Below are positions 28,580 through 42,609 of a stretch of 64,000 nucleotides of DNA, in pieces. Source of the stretch: Eledone cirrhosa (taxonomy: Eukaryota); NCBI GenBank assembly GCA_964016885.1, contig OZ024765.1:11718001-11782000 (forward strand), read 5' to 3'. The notes under the pieces are model-generated. The model was not told the origin of the DNA, searched no databases, and saw only the letters and a program-made list of their open reading frames with translations. How positions within the stretch are numbered: the first letter of the stretch is position 1; each line of letters begins with the position of its first letter. The position numbers and the translations under genes are program-made.

Positions 28580-29365
28580 ATCGTGTAGGTGTCACGACAA
28601 AAAACACACACAGTCCACGCTGTAATGTGGCCGTGTAGGTAACACGGTAAAAAGTTCCCAGTTCCACACTGTAAATGTATTTGGTGTTAGGAAGGGCATC
28701 CAGCCATAGAAAACCCGCCAGATAGTCCTATATGAGCGAGACACGCTTTGCCTCAAGTGGGACAACTCCTGTCTAACCCATGCTAGCGTGGAAAACGGAC
28801 GTTAAACGAAGATGATGATGATGATGATGATGATATATGTATGTAAAGGTAAACAGAAATAACAACACAATCAGTACAGTATATGAAAGGGGTATATTAA
28901 GTTAACGCTTGAAATAGCAGGAAGAGGGTCTTAACGTTTCGGACGCTAATCCTTCATCAGAAGAAAGAATGAAAAATAAGATAGATTGGGGGGACGGGCG
29001 GGATGGGATTGGAAAAAATGTCTTTAGATAAAAATAACAGGTCCATTCATATATATATATATATAAAGTTATGTTGGTACCACAACATCCAGTCCGAAAC
29101 AAATGAGGTCGTGTAGGTGTCACGACAAAAAAACACACACAGTCCACGCTGTAATGTGGCCGTGTAGGTAACACGGTAAAAACCTCCCAGCCCCACACTG
29201 TAAATGTGCTTGGTGTTAGGAAGGGCATCCAGCCATAGAAAACCCGCCAGACAGTCCTATGCGAGCAAGACAACCACTCTTGCCTCAAGTGGGAAAACTG
29301 CCGTCCAAACCCATGCAAGCATGGAAGATGGACGTTAAACGATGATGATGATGATGATGATGATG
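28580..29365 (+). mobile_element. Two truncated SINE A-related copies (28580-28830, 29100-29365) flanking a hammerhead relic
   Basis: ggtgttaggaagggcatccagcc domain and (GAT)n tails. Confidence 0.7.
28929..28964 (-). ncRNA. Canonical minimal hammerhead motif, family 6
   Basis: tctt-CTGATGA-a GGA ttagcg TCC-GAAA-CGT-TA-aga; palindromic AACGTT stem III as in minimal hammerheads of Penelope-like elements. Confidence 0.7.
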
Positions 29366-30581
29366 TGTATGTGTGTATATATATATACACATATATATCT
29401 TGAGATGTCTTCTGTGTTTGAGCTTCATATTACTGGACACCTACAGAAAAGGTTTTGTAGCTGGTTTGTTGCCTCTCATCACATATATGTTTATATGTAT
29501 ATGGTAAGGCCATGTGATGCGCACGGATAATGACTGTTGGGTGAAGAAGTGCCAGGTTACCCCAGTGAAAAGAAGATGCAATAGAGGAAGGTCAAGGAAA
29601 CATGGGTAGTGAGAGCTGACCTCAGATCGCTGAAGCTCACAGAGCAGAAGACGAAGGACTGTGACAAGAGGAGAGATGCTATGTTGAAGAGGGACTGTCC
29701 CACCCTTACAAGCAGAGAAAAGCGGGCGTATCATGATGATGATGATGATATACTGATACTACTACCACTACCACTACTACGACTTCTTTGTGGTGACATG
29801 ATAAAACCTTTCCACCTCCCACAATCTAACATTAACTGCCTCAGTTATTCACATAATAACTCTGCATCTTCCACAATGGCTCTTTTTAATGTCTTGAGAG
29901 GCCTTCCACATTAGTAAGTTCCCATCTAACAGCTCCATTATCAAGCTGTAGTTTGGAGCATAACTTAACAAATGTTCTTACATAGAATAATGATAGGTTT
30001 TTTTAACCCTTTTGTTACCATATTGCTAATGAAAGACACAACCTACGTTTTTCAAATATTTTTGAAAATCATGAACAATTTGGAGTATAACTTAACACAG
30101 GTTTTTGCATATAATTATGATTGAAACTAGTACAGCGTTCCTTTGTCAGTGTTGAACAAACGAGCAACGGTGGTTGCTAGACACTACGGCTTAATACGGG
30201 ATGTTTGTTTACAAACACACCGAGCATTATAATAAATGTTCGGTGAATCCATACGTGCATATATATATGTGTGCATGTATGTATATATATATATACATAC
30301 TACTGTACGTCGGTATACATATATGTATGTACGTGTACATACTTATATTTAAGTAACAGCCGTACTAAGAGTGGGAAATGAAATATCGTTTCATTTTTTC
30401 CGTTTGAAGGTTTTTAGATAAATATAAACCCTTTCATTACCTTATTTTTGAAAATCATGAACAATTTGGAAATATTTCGTAATATAACTAATATTCTCAT
30501 TATGAAGCTGTAGTTTGGAATATGACTTAACAAAGGTTCTTAAATAGAAATATAATAGGTTTTTAGATAAATATAAACACT

Positions 30582-31140
30582 TTAACCCTTTTGTTACCAT
30601 ATTTCTAATGAAAGACACTACCTATATCTTTAACCCTTTCATTACCATATTTCTAATGAAAGACACTGTCTATGTCTTTAACCCTTTTGTTACCATATTT
30701 CTAATGAAAGACACTACCTATGTCTTTAACCCTTTTGGCACCATATTTCTAATGAAAGACACTGTCTATGTCATTAACCCTTTCATTACCATATTTCTAA
30801 TGAAAGACACTGTCTATGTTATTAAACCTTTTGGCACCATATTTCTAATGAAAGACACTGTCTATGTCATTAACCCTTTCATTACCATATTTCTAATGAA
30901 GGACACTACCTATGTCTTTAACCCTTTTGGCACCATATTTCTAATGAAAGACACTGTCTATGTCATTAACCCTTTCATTACCATATTTCTAATGAAAGAC
31001 ACTGTCTATGTTATTAAACCTTTTGGCACCATATTTCTAATGAAAGACACTGTCTATGTCATTAACCCTTTCATTACCATATTTCTAATGAAAGACACTA
31101 TCTATGTCATTAACCCTTTCATTACCATATTTCTAATGAA
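30582..31140. repeat. 45-bp minisatellite from a piggyBac-like terminus (~12 copies)
   Basis: ttaaccctttcattaccatatttctaatgaaagacac...; explains the 15-aa repeat ORF. Confidence 0.9.
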
Positions 31141-31428
31141 TCAAGAATTTAGAGGGATTTAGTAATAAAACTAACTTTGTCATTATTAAGCTGGTTCTTA
31201 ATAAAATTATGATGGAACAATTTTAGATAAATATAAACATTTAAAATGTTTTCTATCCATAACGAAAGACTCTGCTCATGATTTTCAATTAATTTTGAAA
31301 TTAATGGAGAATTTGGAAGGATTCAGGAATGTAATGTCTTTATTATTAAGCTGGTGTTTAGAGAATTTGTTGATAAAATATTCGTATCTAAAATTATAAT
31401 GGAAAGTTTTAATACAAATATGAACTCT

Positions 31429-31906
31429 TTAAACCTTTAGCATTTAAACCGACCATATATGGCCAGAATTCTCTCACCTCTCTCTGTTCAAACCAGCTAT
31501 AACCAGCCACTCATACTGATTTTAAGATATTTTTCTCGAAATACATAATATCAAAATCTGATAGATTCAATGTTATGTGAGATATTATGTTAGATAAAGA
31601 CTTTATGTGAAAATACAATAATATATATATATAGAATAATTGTTTCTACTTTAGGCACAAGGCCAGCAATTACCATGTACATTACTGGTACTTTATTTTA
31701 TCGACCCCGTAAGGATGAAAGGCAAAGTTAACCTTGGTTATATAGACATGATTGTTTCTACTTTTGGCACAAGGCCAGCAATTACCCCAGTACATTACTG
31801 GTACTTTATTTTATCGACCCCGTAAGGATGAAAGGCAAAGTTAACCTCGGCGGGATTTGAACTCAGAATGGCAATATATAGAATAATATAAATACTAAAG
31901 GGTTAA
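31429..31906 (+). mobile_element. piggyBac-like MITE with nested SINEs; copies at 1-148 and 37786-38372
   Basis: ttaa(a)cctttagcatt ... tactaaagggttaa termini. Confidence 0.6.
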
Positions 31907-31929
31907 AATTCTCAGTTGTCTTTCAGAGA

Positions 31930-32876
31930 ACCGAGGAGAAATTTACGAAGAGTCATTGGAGTAACATTACTCAATAATGAGTGTAGCTTGGTGATCAGAG
32001 AGTCACTCCAGGTAGCACTACTACTTCTCTGAATAGAGAGATCACAGCTCCAATATTATAGAAATGTGGTTAGAATGTCTCAGGAAAGCATCGCTGGAGA
32101 TATTTATAGCTTGGAGATCAGAGAGTCACTCCAGATAGAGCTGTTACTCCGAATTGAGAGATTACAGCTCTGATACTATGGACATGTGGTTAGAATGTCT
32201 CAGGAAAGCATCGCTGGAGATATTTATAGCTTGGAGATCAGAGATTCACTCCAGGTAGAGCTGTTACTCCGAATTGAGAGATTACAGCTCTGATACTATG
32301 GACATGTGGTTAGAATGTCTCAGGAAAGCATCGCTGGAGATATTTGTAGCTCAGAGATCAGAGAGTCACTCCAGATAGAGCGACTACTTCTCTGAATTGA
32401 GAGATCACAGCTCCAATACTATAGACATGTGGTTAGAATGTCTGAGATCAGGGAGTCATTCTACTTCTCTGAATTGAGAGATCACAGCTCTGATACTATG
32501 GACATGTGGTTAGAATGTCTCAGGAAAGCATCGCTGGAGATATTTGTAGTTCAGAGATCAGAGAGTCACTCCAGGTAGAGCTGCTACTTCTCTGAATTGA
32601 GAGATCACAGCTTCAATACTATAGATATGTGGTTAGAATGTCTGAGGAAAGAATCACTGGACAGATTTTACAGGCAAAACCAACTGGCAAGAGACCCAAC
32701 TGGGTAGACCATGAGCAAGATGGTTGGATAACATCAATGAGCTTGGCTGGTCTCGCTTGGGGATCCAGCCAGATCAGTTGGAGATGGTTGCATCTGACAG
32801 GACCAGCTGGAGGGAGTGTCTGTGGACTCTTCCCCCATGACCCTCTCACGAATAAGTGGGTGAAGAAGATGAAGAC
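31930..32876 (+). mobile_element. RTE relic with 120-123-bp array
   Basis: Same family and unit junction; ends ERITGQILQAKPTGKRP. Confidence 0.85.
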
Positions 32877-33467
32877 TGAGGAATTTGGAGAGATTCACAA
32901 ACATTATTTAAACCAAGAATGGTATTTCTAACATAGCAAAAGCTAATTCGTTAAAATTATGTTGGGTGGTTTTAATTTAAATCAGAAGTATTTAGCCATT
33001 TCATTATCATATTTTTAACAAGATTAATTACTAGACTTGAGATATTTACTAAAACTATTTCAATTATTACAATGGTATTTTTCACATAACAACAGGTTCT
33101 TATTTACAACTATGTTAACATTTTTTTACTTAAACCAGAAACATTTAACCCTATCATTATTAAATTTCTAATAAAATACACCACATTTTAATTAATTACT
33201 GAAGAATTGAACGGTTTACTAAAATTATTTCAATTATTATGATGGTACTTTTAACATAAAAGCAGGTTTTTAGCCAAAATTATGTTGGAAGATTTTAATT
33301 TAAATCGGAACTATTTAACCTTTTCATTAAATTTTTTTCAAACTAAATGCACAGTATTTGAATTAATTAATAAAATAACTGGAAATATTTACAAAAATTT
33401 ATTAAATTATTCAACATAACAGCAGGTTCATATATAAAACTCTATTAAGAAATTTTAATTTACATCG

Positions 33468-33612
33468 GAACGAACTGAGAGAGAGACAAGGCATAAGAGG
33501 AATCAAATGCTGTGTGCAGGAGAGGAGATTACATTGGTATGGACATGTGATGCGTATGAAGGATGACAGCTGCATAAAAAGGTGCAGAGGGCTCAAAGTC
33601 GATGGAAGGGGT
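33468..33612 (+). mobile_element. RTE fragment
   Basis: ELRERQGIRGIKCCVQERRLHWYGHVMRMKDD. Confidence 0.75.
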
Positions 33613-34449
33613 GTTTGACTGAGAAAAGAAGGGGTGATTACGTTGACTGAGGAAGGAAGGGGTGATAATGTTGACTGAGGGTGGAGGGGGTGATGACAAA
33701 CCAAGCAGTTTGTATCACTTGTGTGAGTGAATGTGAAGGAACCAACCAATCAACCAACAAACAAACAAACAAACAAACATCTTTTTTTTAATATTATGTA
33801 TACATATTACAATTAGCCATTATTTTTGACAGCAGGGGGCCAGCTAGTCTATATATAAATTTCTGTGATTCTGTCACATGTAAAGAGAGAGGGATAGTTT
33901 GACTACCTCATACTATTCCTCTCTCTTTACATCTGCTGCCTGCGTGAATGTATGTGTGTGTAAAAGGAAGGAAGGGGATGGTGAAAAAAACTATAGCAAA
34001 ACAGAGGCTGGTGTTCCATTTATTACGCTGTGTGTGAGTGTATGTGTAAATGAATGTGTGTGTGTGTTTGTGTGAATGTATGTTTGTGAGTGTATATTTT
34101 TATAAGTGTGTCTGTGTTTGCATGTTTATATTTATATACTCATTCATATAAATGTATGGCTATGCACATACACATACACACATGTACACACATATATACA
34201 CATACACATCAGCGAGTTGAAAAAAATGCTAGTATTAAAAACTTCTGAAAGAATTGCGAACAATTTCTAATGCTATTTATACACCTGTGAATATAAATTT
34301 CATAAGCTACTAGACCACTCCTGACCTCTTGGGTCAGGTTCACTTACAAATATTTTTAAAAATCATGTTCACTTAAAAATAATTTTTAAATAATTAAAAT
34401 ATACACAGACATGTATATATAATATAAAATGAAATCGGAAGGCCCATAA

Positions 34450-34516
<67 letters not shown>

Positions 34517-35469
34517 TGTGTGTGTGTGTGTACATGTATATATATATATATATATGTGTGTACGTGTGTGTGTGTGTACATGTATATATATGTGTGTGTG
34601 TGTATGTGTGTGTATTTCATAATATAAAATGAAATCGGAAGGCCCATATATGTGTGTGTGTGTGTGTGTATGTGTGTGTGTGTACATGTATATATATATG
34701 TGTGTGTAGGTGTGTGTGTGTGTACATGTATATATATATATGTGTGTGTGTGTATGTGTGTGTATGTGTGTGTATTTCATTCAACAACACCACCAGCTCA
34801 TTCTCTCTTCCATTCTCCTTCTCTCTCTTCTCCTCTCCCTCTCTCTATGTCTCTCTTTCAATCTACTCTCTCTACAACCACTATCTCTTTCTCTATTTAT
34901 GAAGGTACCCAGAAAACCCCATATCACGAGAACCCGAGCTTCGATTTACATGAAACTTGTTTTATTCCATTTGTATTCCCATTCTAGGGTCAACTTCCTT
35001 TCAAAGTATTTTCCCATTATGTGCCCTTTTGGCTGTATTAAATTACAGACAATCATATAGTTTTAGTAATATATAGATTTTATAGCATTTTCAAACATGA
35101 GCTCACAACTGTTTATATTAACTTTATTATATCATTTACAAAACTGTGAAAGATTTTCATATAATCATTAATCTTTTCAGATTTTTTTTTTATATCACAA
35201 TATTTATAGCAAAACTGCATAACCTGCTTAAAGCAATATAAAATTAATATCTACCTTCAAACCACTCTCATTGTCATAGACCCCACTCTCTCTCATTCTC
35301 TGTTTTTCAATATGTGCATGTAGGCCATGAAACACTGCTACACATAAGTCAAATAAGCTATAGCTCAGGGCCGCAAACCCTCACGGTCCACATTTTAAAA
35401 AATATATTTCTATCTTATCATTAGTTTATCATTATTTTATCATTCTTTAACTAAATCACCAAAGATTAT

Positions 35470-36186
35470 ATATATATAATATATAAGAAAGATGTTTGTT
35501 TGTTCGTTGGTTGGTTAAATCACACAAAAACTACTCACACACACAAATACATACACATACATCTAAAGAGAGAGACACAGAGGGTGAGGCAGAAAGAAAG
35601 AGATAGGCCATTATAAAGAGAGAGATACAATTAAAGTGTTAGATATTCAGAGAGAGGGAGAGAGAGTAACGTCCCACGAAAGTCTAGAAATGGCTTAAAC
35701 TATAGATCCTTTGATCTATAGGAAGGTTTAACAATATTGTGTTAGCTTTTATAAAGATGTTTTACAGTCTTTGACTTTACAGAACAAAGAAAAATTGTTA
35801 CTATTTGAAATTAATCTACCCTCCATCTTTTATCCATATACTACTTACAGTCTGTACTAATGAAGCTAAACACTTCAGAAGCAATGTTATGCGGTATATT
35901 GCTGTGTTTCAGATGACGTCCTTTGGAGCTGAAAAAGATCATACTGACTATGGTTATTTCACATTTAAAATCCAAGGTCAATGTTACCATTTAATCGACA
36001 GTTTACTTCCCCAGCCTAATAAGGAAGTTTTATCATTGTCCTTTCTTATGTCTCTCTCACTCAACTCACACTCACACACATTACGGTCTCACCTCATACC
36101 AGGCAACGCATCCAATACAGTCATTTTCTCTTTTATCTGTCTTCTCTTAACTGTTCTCCTGGGCGAAGTCGGGTACCCCAGCTAGT
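35470..36186 (+). mobile_element. Internally deleted Helitron
   Basis: RepHel motif FQMTSFGA...TFKIQGQCYHLIDSLLP (35860-36020); 3' end gggcgaagtcgggtaccccagCTAGt. Confidence 0.75.
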
Positions 36187-36399
36187 ATATATATATATAT
36201 TATTTATTCTTTATCATTAACATTAATATAAAAAATAATCATTTATAGCTATTTAAAATTTTTAGAGAAGGGCCTCAAATTTCATAAAGCTTCGGGCCTC
36301 AGCAGGTGAAAGTCTGGTCCTACTGTGAGATATCAAACTTTATCTTGCATTTTCATACACCACATTTGGGAGAAACTTAATTTATACATAATAATTCCA

Positions 36400-37410
36400 T
36401 ATGATCATGAATACAAGTGGCTGAAATGGGGTTCCTCTGAAGAGTCTCTAGAACAATGTTACTTGATAGAGTATGTAGTTCAGAGATCAGAGAGTCACAT
36501 CATGCAGAGCTGCTACTTCGCTGAATTGAGAGATCACAGCTCTGATACTACAGACATGTGGTTAGAATGTCTCAGGAAAGAATCACTGGACATATTTGTA
36601 GCTCGGAAATCAGAAAGTTACTTCAGGTGGAGCTGCTACTTCGCTGAATTGAGAGATCACAGCTCTGATACTACAGACATGTGGTTAGAATGTCTCAGGA
36701 AAGAATCCCTAGACAGATTTGTAGCTCGGAAATCAGAGAGTTACTTCAGGTGGAATTGCTACTTCGCTGAATTGAGAGATCACAGCTCTGATACTACAGA
36801 CTTGTGGTTAGAATGTCTCAGGAAAGAATCACTAGACATATTTGTAGCTCGGAAATCAGAGAGTTACTTCAGGTGGAGCTGCTACTTCGCTGAATTGAGA
36901 GATCACAGCTCTGATACTACAGACATGTGGTTAGAATGTCTCAGGAAAGAATCACTAGACAGATTTGTAGCTCGGAAATCAGAGAGTTACTTCAGGTGGA
37001 GCTGCTACTTCGCTGAATTGAGAGATCACAGCTCTGATACTACAGACATGTGGTTAGAATGTCTCAGGAAAGAATGACTAGACAGATTTGTAGCTCGGAA
37101 ATCAGAGAGTTACTTCAGGTGGAGCTGCTACTTCTCTGAATTGAGAGATCACAGCTCTGATACTACAGACTTGTGGTTAGAATGTCTCAGGAAAGAATCG
37201 CTGAATAGATTTTATGGGCAAAACCAACTGGCAGGAGTTTCAGGGGTAGACCACGAGCAAGATGTTTGGATAACATCCATGAGTTTGGCTGGTCTCATTT
37301 AGGGATCCAGCGAAATCAATTGGTGATGCTTGCTTGTGACACAACCTACTGGATAGACTGTTTGAGAACTCTTCTCCTATGACATTCCCAGAAATATGTG
37401 GGTGAAGAAG
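36400..37410 (+). mobile_element. RTE relic with 123-bp array
   Basis: The 41-aa periodicity of ORF 36325-37077 is an alternative frame of this array. Confidence 0.85.
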
Positions 37411-38599
37411 AATTCTATAAACTCTATAAATCTCAAAACTGATTGCAATCATTGCTAAAGGTTGCACATTAATGTGCAGTAAAAACCAACTAAAAAAAAA
37501 ATATCTATAATTTTTGTGTTTACAAATTCCTGTGTCTGTATTGTTCAATCAATCGTGAAGATGATGATAAGGTAATTGGCGAATCACAATAGCCGTATGA
37601 TCTGATTGATGCTCAATAAATTAGTTTTGGCAAATAATAACCTCTAACAACTAAATCTCTGAATATTCATCAAATTTTTGTGTAATGCATGTTGTAATTT
37701 CTAGGGAGAGAAAAAATAATAATATTAATAGTGATTTCTGATTTAGGCACGGGGTCAACAATTTAAGACGATGGGAAAGTTGATTGACCCTTTATCATTT
37801 AAATCAGCTGTATCCAGTCAGAATTCTCTCACATTTTTCTGTTCAAACCGGCTATATCCAGCCAGAATTCTCTCACATTTTTCTGTACAAACTAGCTGTA
37901 ACTGGCTACTCATACTGATGTTAAGGTATTGTTCTCAAAATAAATAATATCAAAATCTCATAGATTTTATATTATGTGAGGTAAAGCCTTTACCATGAAA
38001 ATATAATCGTATAGAGTAATGTAAATGCTACAGGGTTAATTCTTTAGCATTTAAACCAGCTGTATCCAGTCAGAATTCTCTCACATTTTTCTGTTCAAAC
38101 CGGCTATATATCCAGCCAGAATTCTCTCACTTCTTTCTGTTCAAACCAACTGTAACTGGCCACTCATACTGATGTTAAGGTATTGTTCTCCAAATAAATA
38201 ATTGTTTCTACTTTAGGCACAAGGCCAGCATTTACCCAGTGCATTACTGGTACTTTATTTTATCGAGTACCAGTAATGCACTGGTTCTCCAAATAAATAA
38301 TATCAAAATCTCATAGATTCCATATTGTGTGTGAAAATTATTAAGCTTTTACCATGAATGCCAAAGAGTTAAATCAATCCCAGTGCATTACTGGTACTTT
38401 ATTTTGTCGACACCATAAGGATGAAAGGCAAAGCCAATCTCGGTGGGATTTGAACTCAGAACGTAAAGGGCCGTAACTCTATGCCGCAAAGAATATTGTC
38501 CGATGCTCAACCGATACTACCAATCCACTGCCCTTTATTAATAATAATGATTTCTTTATTTTTTAAGACATGTTGGGCTTGAGCCCTTCTATATATATA

Positions 38600-39230
38600 T
38601 CTAGGATGGGTAAAATTCCCGAGATCCATGGATGAGTTCACTCCAGCGGTCTCTGTCCCTCATCATCATTGCCATGTCCTGCGTCTCCAATAGACCAGTG
38701 TCTGTCCTTAGGGCATCAACATATGTCAACCTCGGTCTCCCTCTTCTAGTCTGTCCATGCAGGGGCTCCCACAGGAGCACTGAGTGCAGTGTCAACTCTG
38801 GATGTCGGTGAACATGTCCAGCTAACCTCAGTCTTCCAGTGTGTCCATGTAGGGGCTCCCACAGGAGCACTGAGTGCAGTGTCAACTCTGGATGTCGGTG
38901 AGCATGTCCAGCTAACCTCAGTCTTCCAGTGTGTCCATGTAGGGGCTCCCACAGGAGCACTGAGTACAGTGTCAACTCTGGATGTCGGTGAGCATGTCCA
39001 GCTAACCTCAGTCTTCCAGTGTGTCCATGTAGGGGCTCCCACAGGAGCACTGAGTGCAGTGTCAACTCTGGATGTCAGTGAGCATGTCCAGCTAACCTCA
39101 GTCTCCCTTGTGCCACTCTCGAGCTGACTTTTGGGAGGCTCCCGTACAGCTCTGAGTTCTTCATCCTCAGTGTGTACTGATTAATCTTCAGAGCCATCCT
39201 CAGCATTCTCGTGTAGCACCCATCCACCAT
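38600..39230 (-). mobile_element. RTE LINE 3' relic with 90-bp array (~4 copies)
   Basis: RLRLAGH..RHPEL...VLLWEP.HG...RGRPRLTYVDAL. Confidence 0.85.
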
Positions 39231-39569
39231 CTATGGGTTAAATAGCTTCCCCAACCTGCAAGTGGCCAAATGTGGTAAGTATAACCCTACCCCTGAAGAT
39301 ATGACCAAAACCTCACAGAAAGTAGTAGAGGTCAACCAAAGAGGAGGTTCCTACAACAGGGGTGAGAAGACCCTAGATCAAATTGAATTAGATTGAAATT
39401 CTTTAAAAAATTATGTTTGTATATTATATGGAATTGTTGTCTGTGGCCACAAGTATGAGAATACACTCTTGACAGAGGCAATGTGTCTGAACACGGAAGA
39501 GCCGAACTCCCACCGCCATCACCCCCATCTCTCTGTATAGTGAGAAAATGGGGTCCCACATGCTGGTTG

Positions 39570-39945
39570 CCCCACAGCCCTATCGGACAGAATAGAGAAG
39601 GCGTTTCCCGGGAAGCTAGTAAGGGAGATGCACTGGAAGAGCCATTCCATCTCGCGAGGCTCACACCTGCGGCTGGCCAGCTCAGCGCCTATGGTGGTAA
39701 GTAGGGAGGTAACCCTAGGGCCAAGGACACCAGAAGTCTCCACAGCCAAGGGCACGACCACAAACCTGTCAGAGTGCGACGGGCGCTTGGAGAGTTTGGC
39801 CTCCTCAGCTCAAACAAAGTTCAGCAGAACCGGGGTTAGCTGCTGACTGCTCCACGGTTGTGACTTAAGAAAGTGGCTTCCCATATAAGGTGTTTGCCAC
39901 CGTGGAACGGGAAGATGGTGATACCATCTGACCTTTTGCCTGTAA
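39570..39945 (-). mobile_element. CRE-clade non-LTR retrotransposon restriction-like endonuclease fragment
   Basis: GKRSDGITIFPFHGGKHLIWEAT and VVPLAVETSGVLGP...EPREMEWLFQCISL, frameshifted. Confidence 0.75.
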
Positions 39946-41242
39946 CCCCTGATAAAGTTGTAGGAGTGCCGTATTGAGGGTCAATGTTTCTCGGGCATTT
40001 TAAGCCTGGCAGAGCCCATCTCACTCCAGGCCAAAAGAAAAAAAATGTTATATACAACTCAGAAAAATTATATAATCTCAAAACTGATTGATAGACGTTA
40101 AGGGTTAAATAGGCAATTGGCCAGGTTGAATTCAGTTCTGATTGGGTAATGGATACTTGTGGGCGTGGCTAAAAAGTCAGGTCTTGTTTGCATATTAAAC
40201 TGATTGCTGAAAACAGAGTGGAATGGGGGTACAAAGAAGAGGGCACAAATGGTAGAACATTCACACATATATATGTATACATACGCATATAAACATATAC
40301 ATATGTATATCTATATATATATACACACACACACGCATACAAAGATATACATATATATATATATACTCACACATGCATACATACATATATATATATACTC
40401 CCACATGCATACATATATATATATACTCCCACACGCATACATACATATATATATATATATATACTCCCATATGCTTACATACATACATATATATATACTC
40501 CCACACGCATACATACATATATATATATATATATATACTCCCACATGCTTACATACATACATATATGTATGTATGTATGTACTCCCACATGCCTACATAC
40601 ATGCATACATACATGCATATTACATACACACACACATACATACATACATATATATACACACAAACATACACACACACACACATATATATACACACACATA
40701 TATATACACACACACATATATATACACACACACATATATATACACACACATAGATAATAAAAGGAGAGATACATATCCACACATAAATATATGCATATGC
40801 AAATGCATATATTTACACATACACAACATGCAGATTCTCAAACCTACATGCACTCACACACAATCAGATGCACTCACTCACTCACTCACACACTCACACA
40901 GCCACCCACGCATATGCAAAATCATAAATTTTAAGCATGGATGCATTTCTGGGTCACCGACGTGTTCAATATTTAGTGCATGGTGGAGATGCAGATGATG
41001 ATGCAAGGGGCTGCAACAATTGCAGGTGGCATTTCTTATTATCATCAAACAGCAGCAACTACAACATCAGCAAAAACAACCTTAATAAATGTTTCTACTC
41101 CTGGCACAAGGCCAGCAATTATCCCAGTGTATTACTGGTACTTTATTTTATATTTTATCGACCCCGTAAGGATGAAAGGCAAAGTTAACCTCGGCGGGAC
41201 TTGAACTCAGAATGGCAAACAACAACAACATTAACTACTACA

Positions 41243-42240
41243 TCATCATCACCGTTTTAAGTTCATTCTTCCACGCTAGCATGGGTTAGACGGGTTGTCC
41301 TGTTGTGGGCAGTGTCTGGTCGGCTGACCTTGTCTTACTCATAGAGAACTGATTTGAGCTTGATTTCTACAGCTGGATGCCCTTCCTAACACCAACCTCA
41401 TTTACAGTGTGGTCTGGGTGCTTTTGTCGTGACACCTACATGTCCACTTTACAGTGTGGACTGGGTGCTTTTGTCGTGACACCTACATGACCATTTTACA
41501 GTGTGGACCTGGTGCTTGTGTTGTGACACCTACATGACCACTTTACAGTGTAGACTGGGTGCTTTTGTCGTGACACCTACATGACCATTTTACAGTGTGG
41601 ACTGGGTGCTTTTGTCGTGACACCTACATGACCACTTTACAGTGTGGACTGGGTGCTTTTGTCATGACACCTACATGCCCACTTTACAGTGTAGACTGGG
41701 TGCTTTTGTTGTGACACCCACATGACCACTTTACAGTGTGGACTGGGTGCTTTTGTCATGACACCTACATGACCACTTTACAGTGTGGACTGGGTGCTTT
41801 TGTCGTGACACCTACATGACCACTTTACAGTGTGGACTGGGTGCTTTTGTTATGGCACCTACATGACCACTTTACAGTGTGGACTGGGTGCTTTTTGTCG
41901 TGACACCTACATGTCCACTTTACAGTGTGGACTGGGTGCTTTTGTCGTGACACCTACATGTCCACTTTACAGTGTGGACTGGATGCTTTAATCGTGACAC
42001 CTACATGACCACTTTACAGTGTGGACTGGGTGCTTTTGTCGTGACACCTACATGACCACTTTACAGTGTGGACTGGGTGCTTTTGTTATGGCACCTACAT
42101 GACCAGTTTACAGTGTGGACTGGGTGCTTTTTGTCGTGACACCTACATGCCCACTTTACAGTGTGGACTGGGTGCTTTTGTCGTGACACCTACATGACCA
42201 CTTTACAATGGGAGGGGCATGGGGCCATATTGTCTATATG
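41243..42240 (-). repeat. SINE A-related copy with internal 47-bp unit expanded ~17x
   Basis: Unit ccactttacagtgtggactgggtgcttttgtcgtgacacctacatga, 41400-42210. Confidence 0.9.
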
Positions 42241-42609
42241 CTTCAACTTCAGCTTGTACCCGTGGGAAGTTGGGTTTTCTCTATTACTGCGTAACGCCAG
42301 AGATCTAGGTCCTGTGTCATCATGCAATAATAATAATTGTTTCTACTTTAGGCACAAGGCCAACAATTGAAAGGGCAGGGGAATGTTGATTCATTCGACG
42401 CCAGTGTATTACTGGTACTTCATTTTATCAACCCCATAAGGATGAAAGGCAAAGCTAACCTCAGCCGTAATTCTATGCTGCAAAGCAAGTCCAATGCTCT
42501 ACTGATTCTTCCAAGCTACAGCACTAACAACCTTAATGATAATAACCACAACAATATCAACAAGACCAACATTTATATCAACTACAACATCAGCAACAAT
42601 GACTGGGGT

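Noticed and set aside
36325-37077. 41-aa repeat protein ORF
   Set aside because: Off-frame reading of an amplified RTE fragment.
39288-39335. Degenerate hammerhead-like strings (also near 22780, 25612, 45846, 61900, 63430)
   Set aside because: Core or stems broken; cannot be supported individually.
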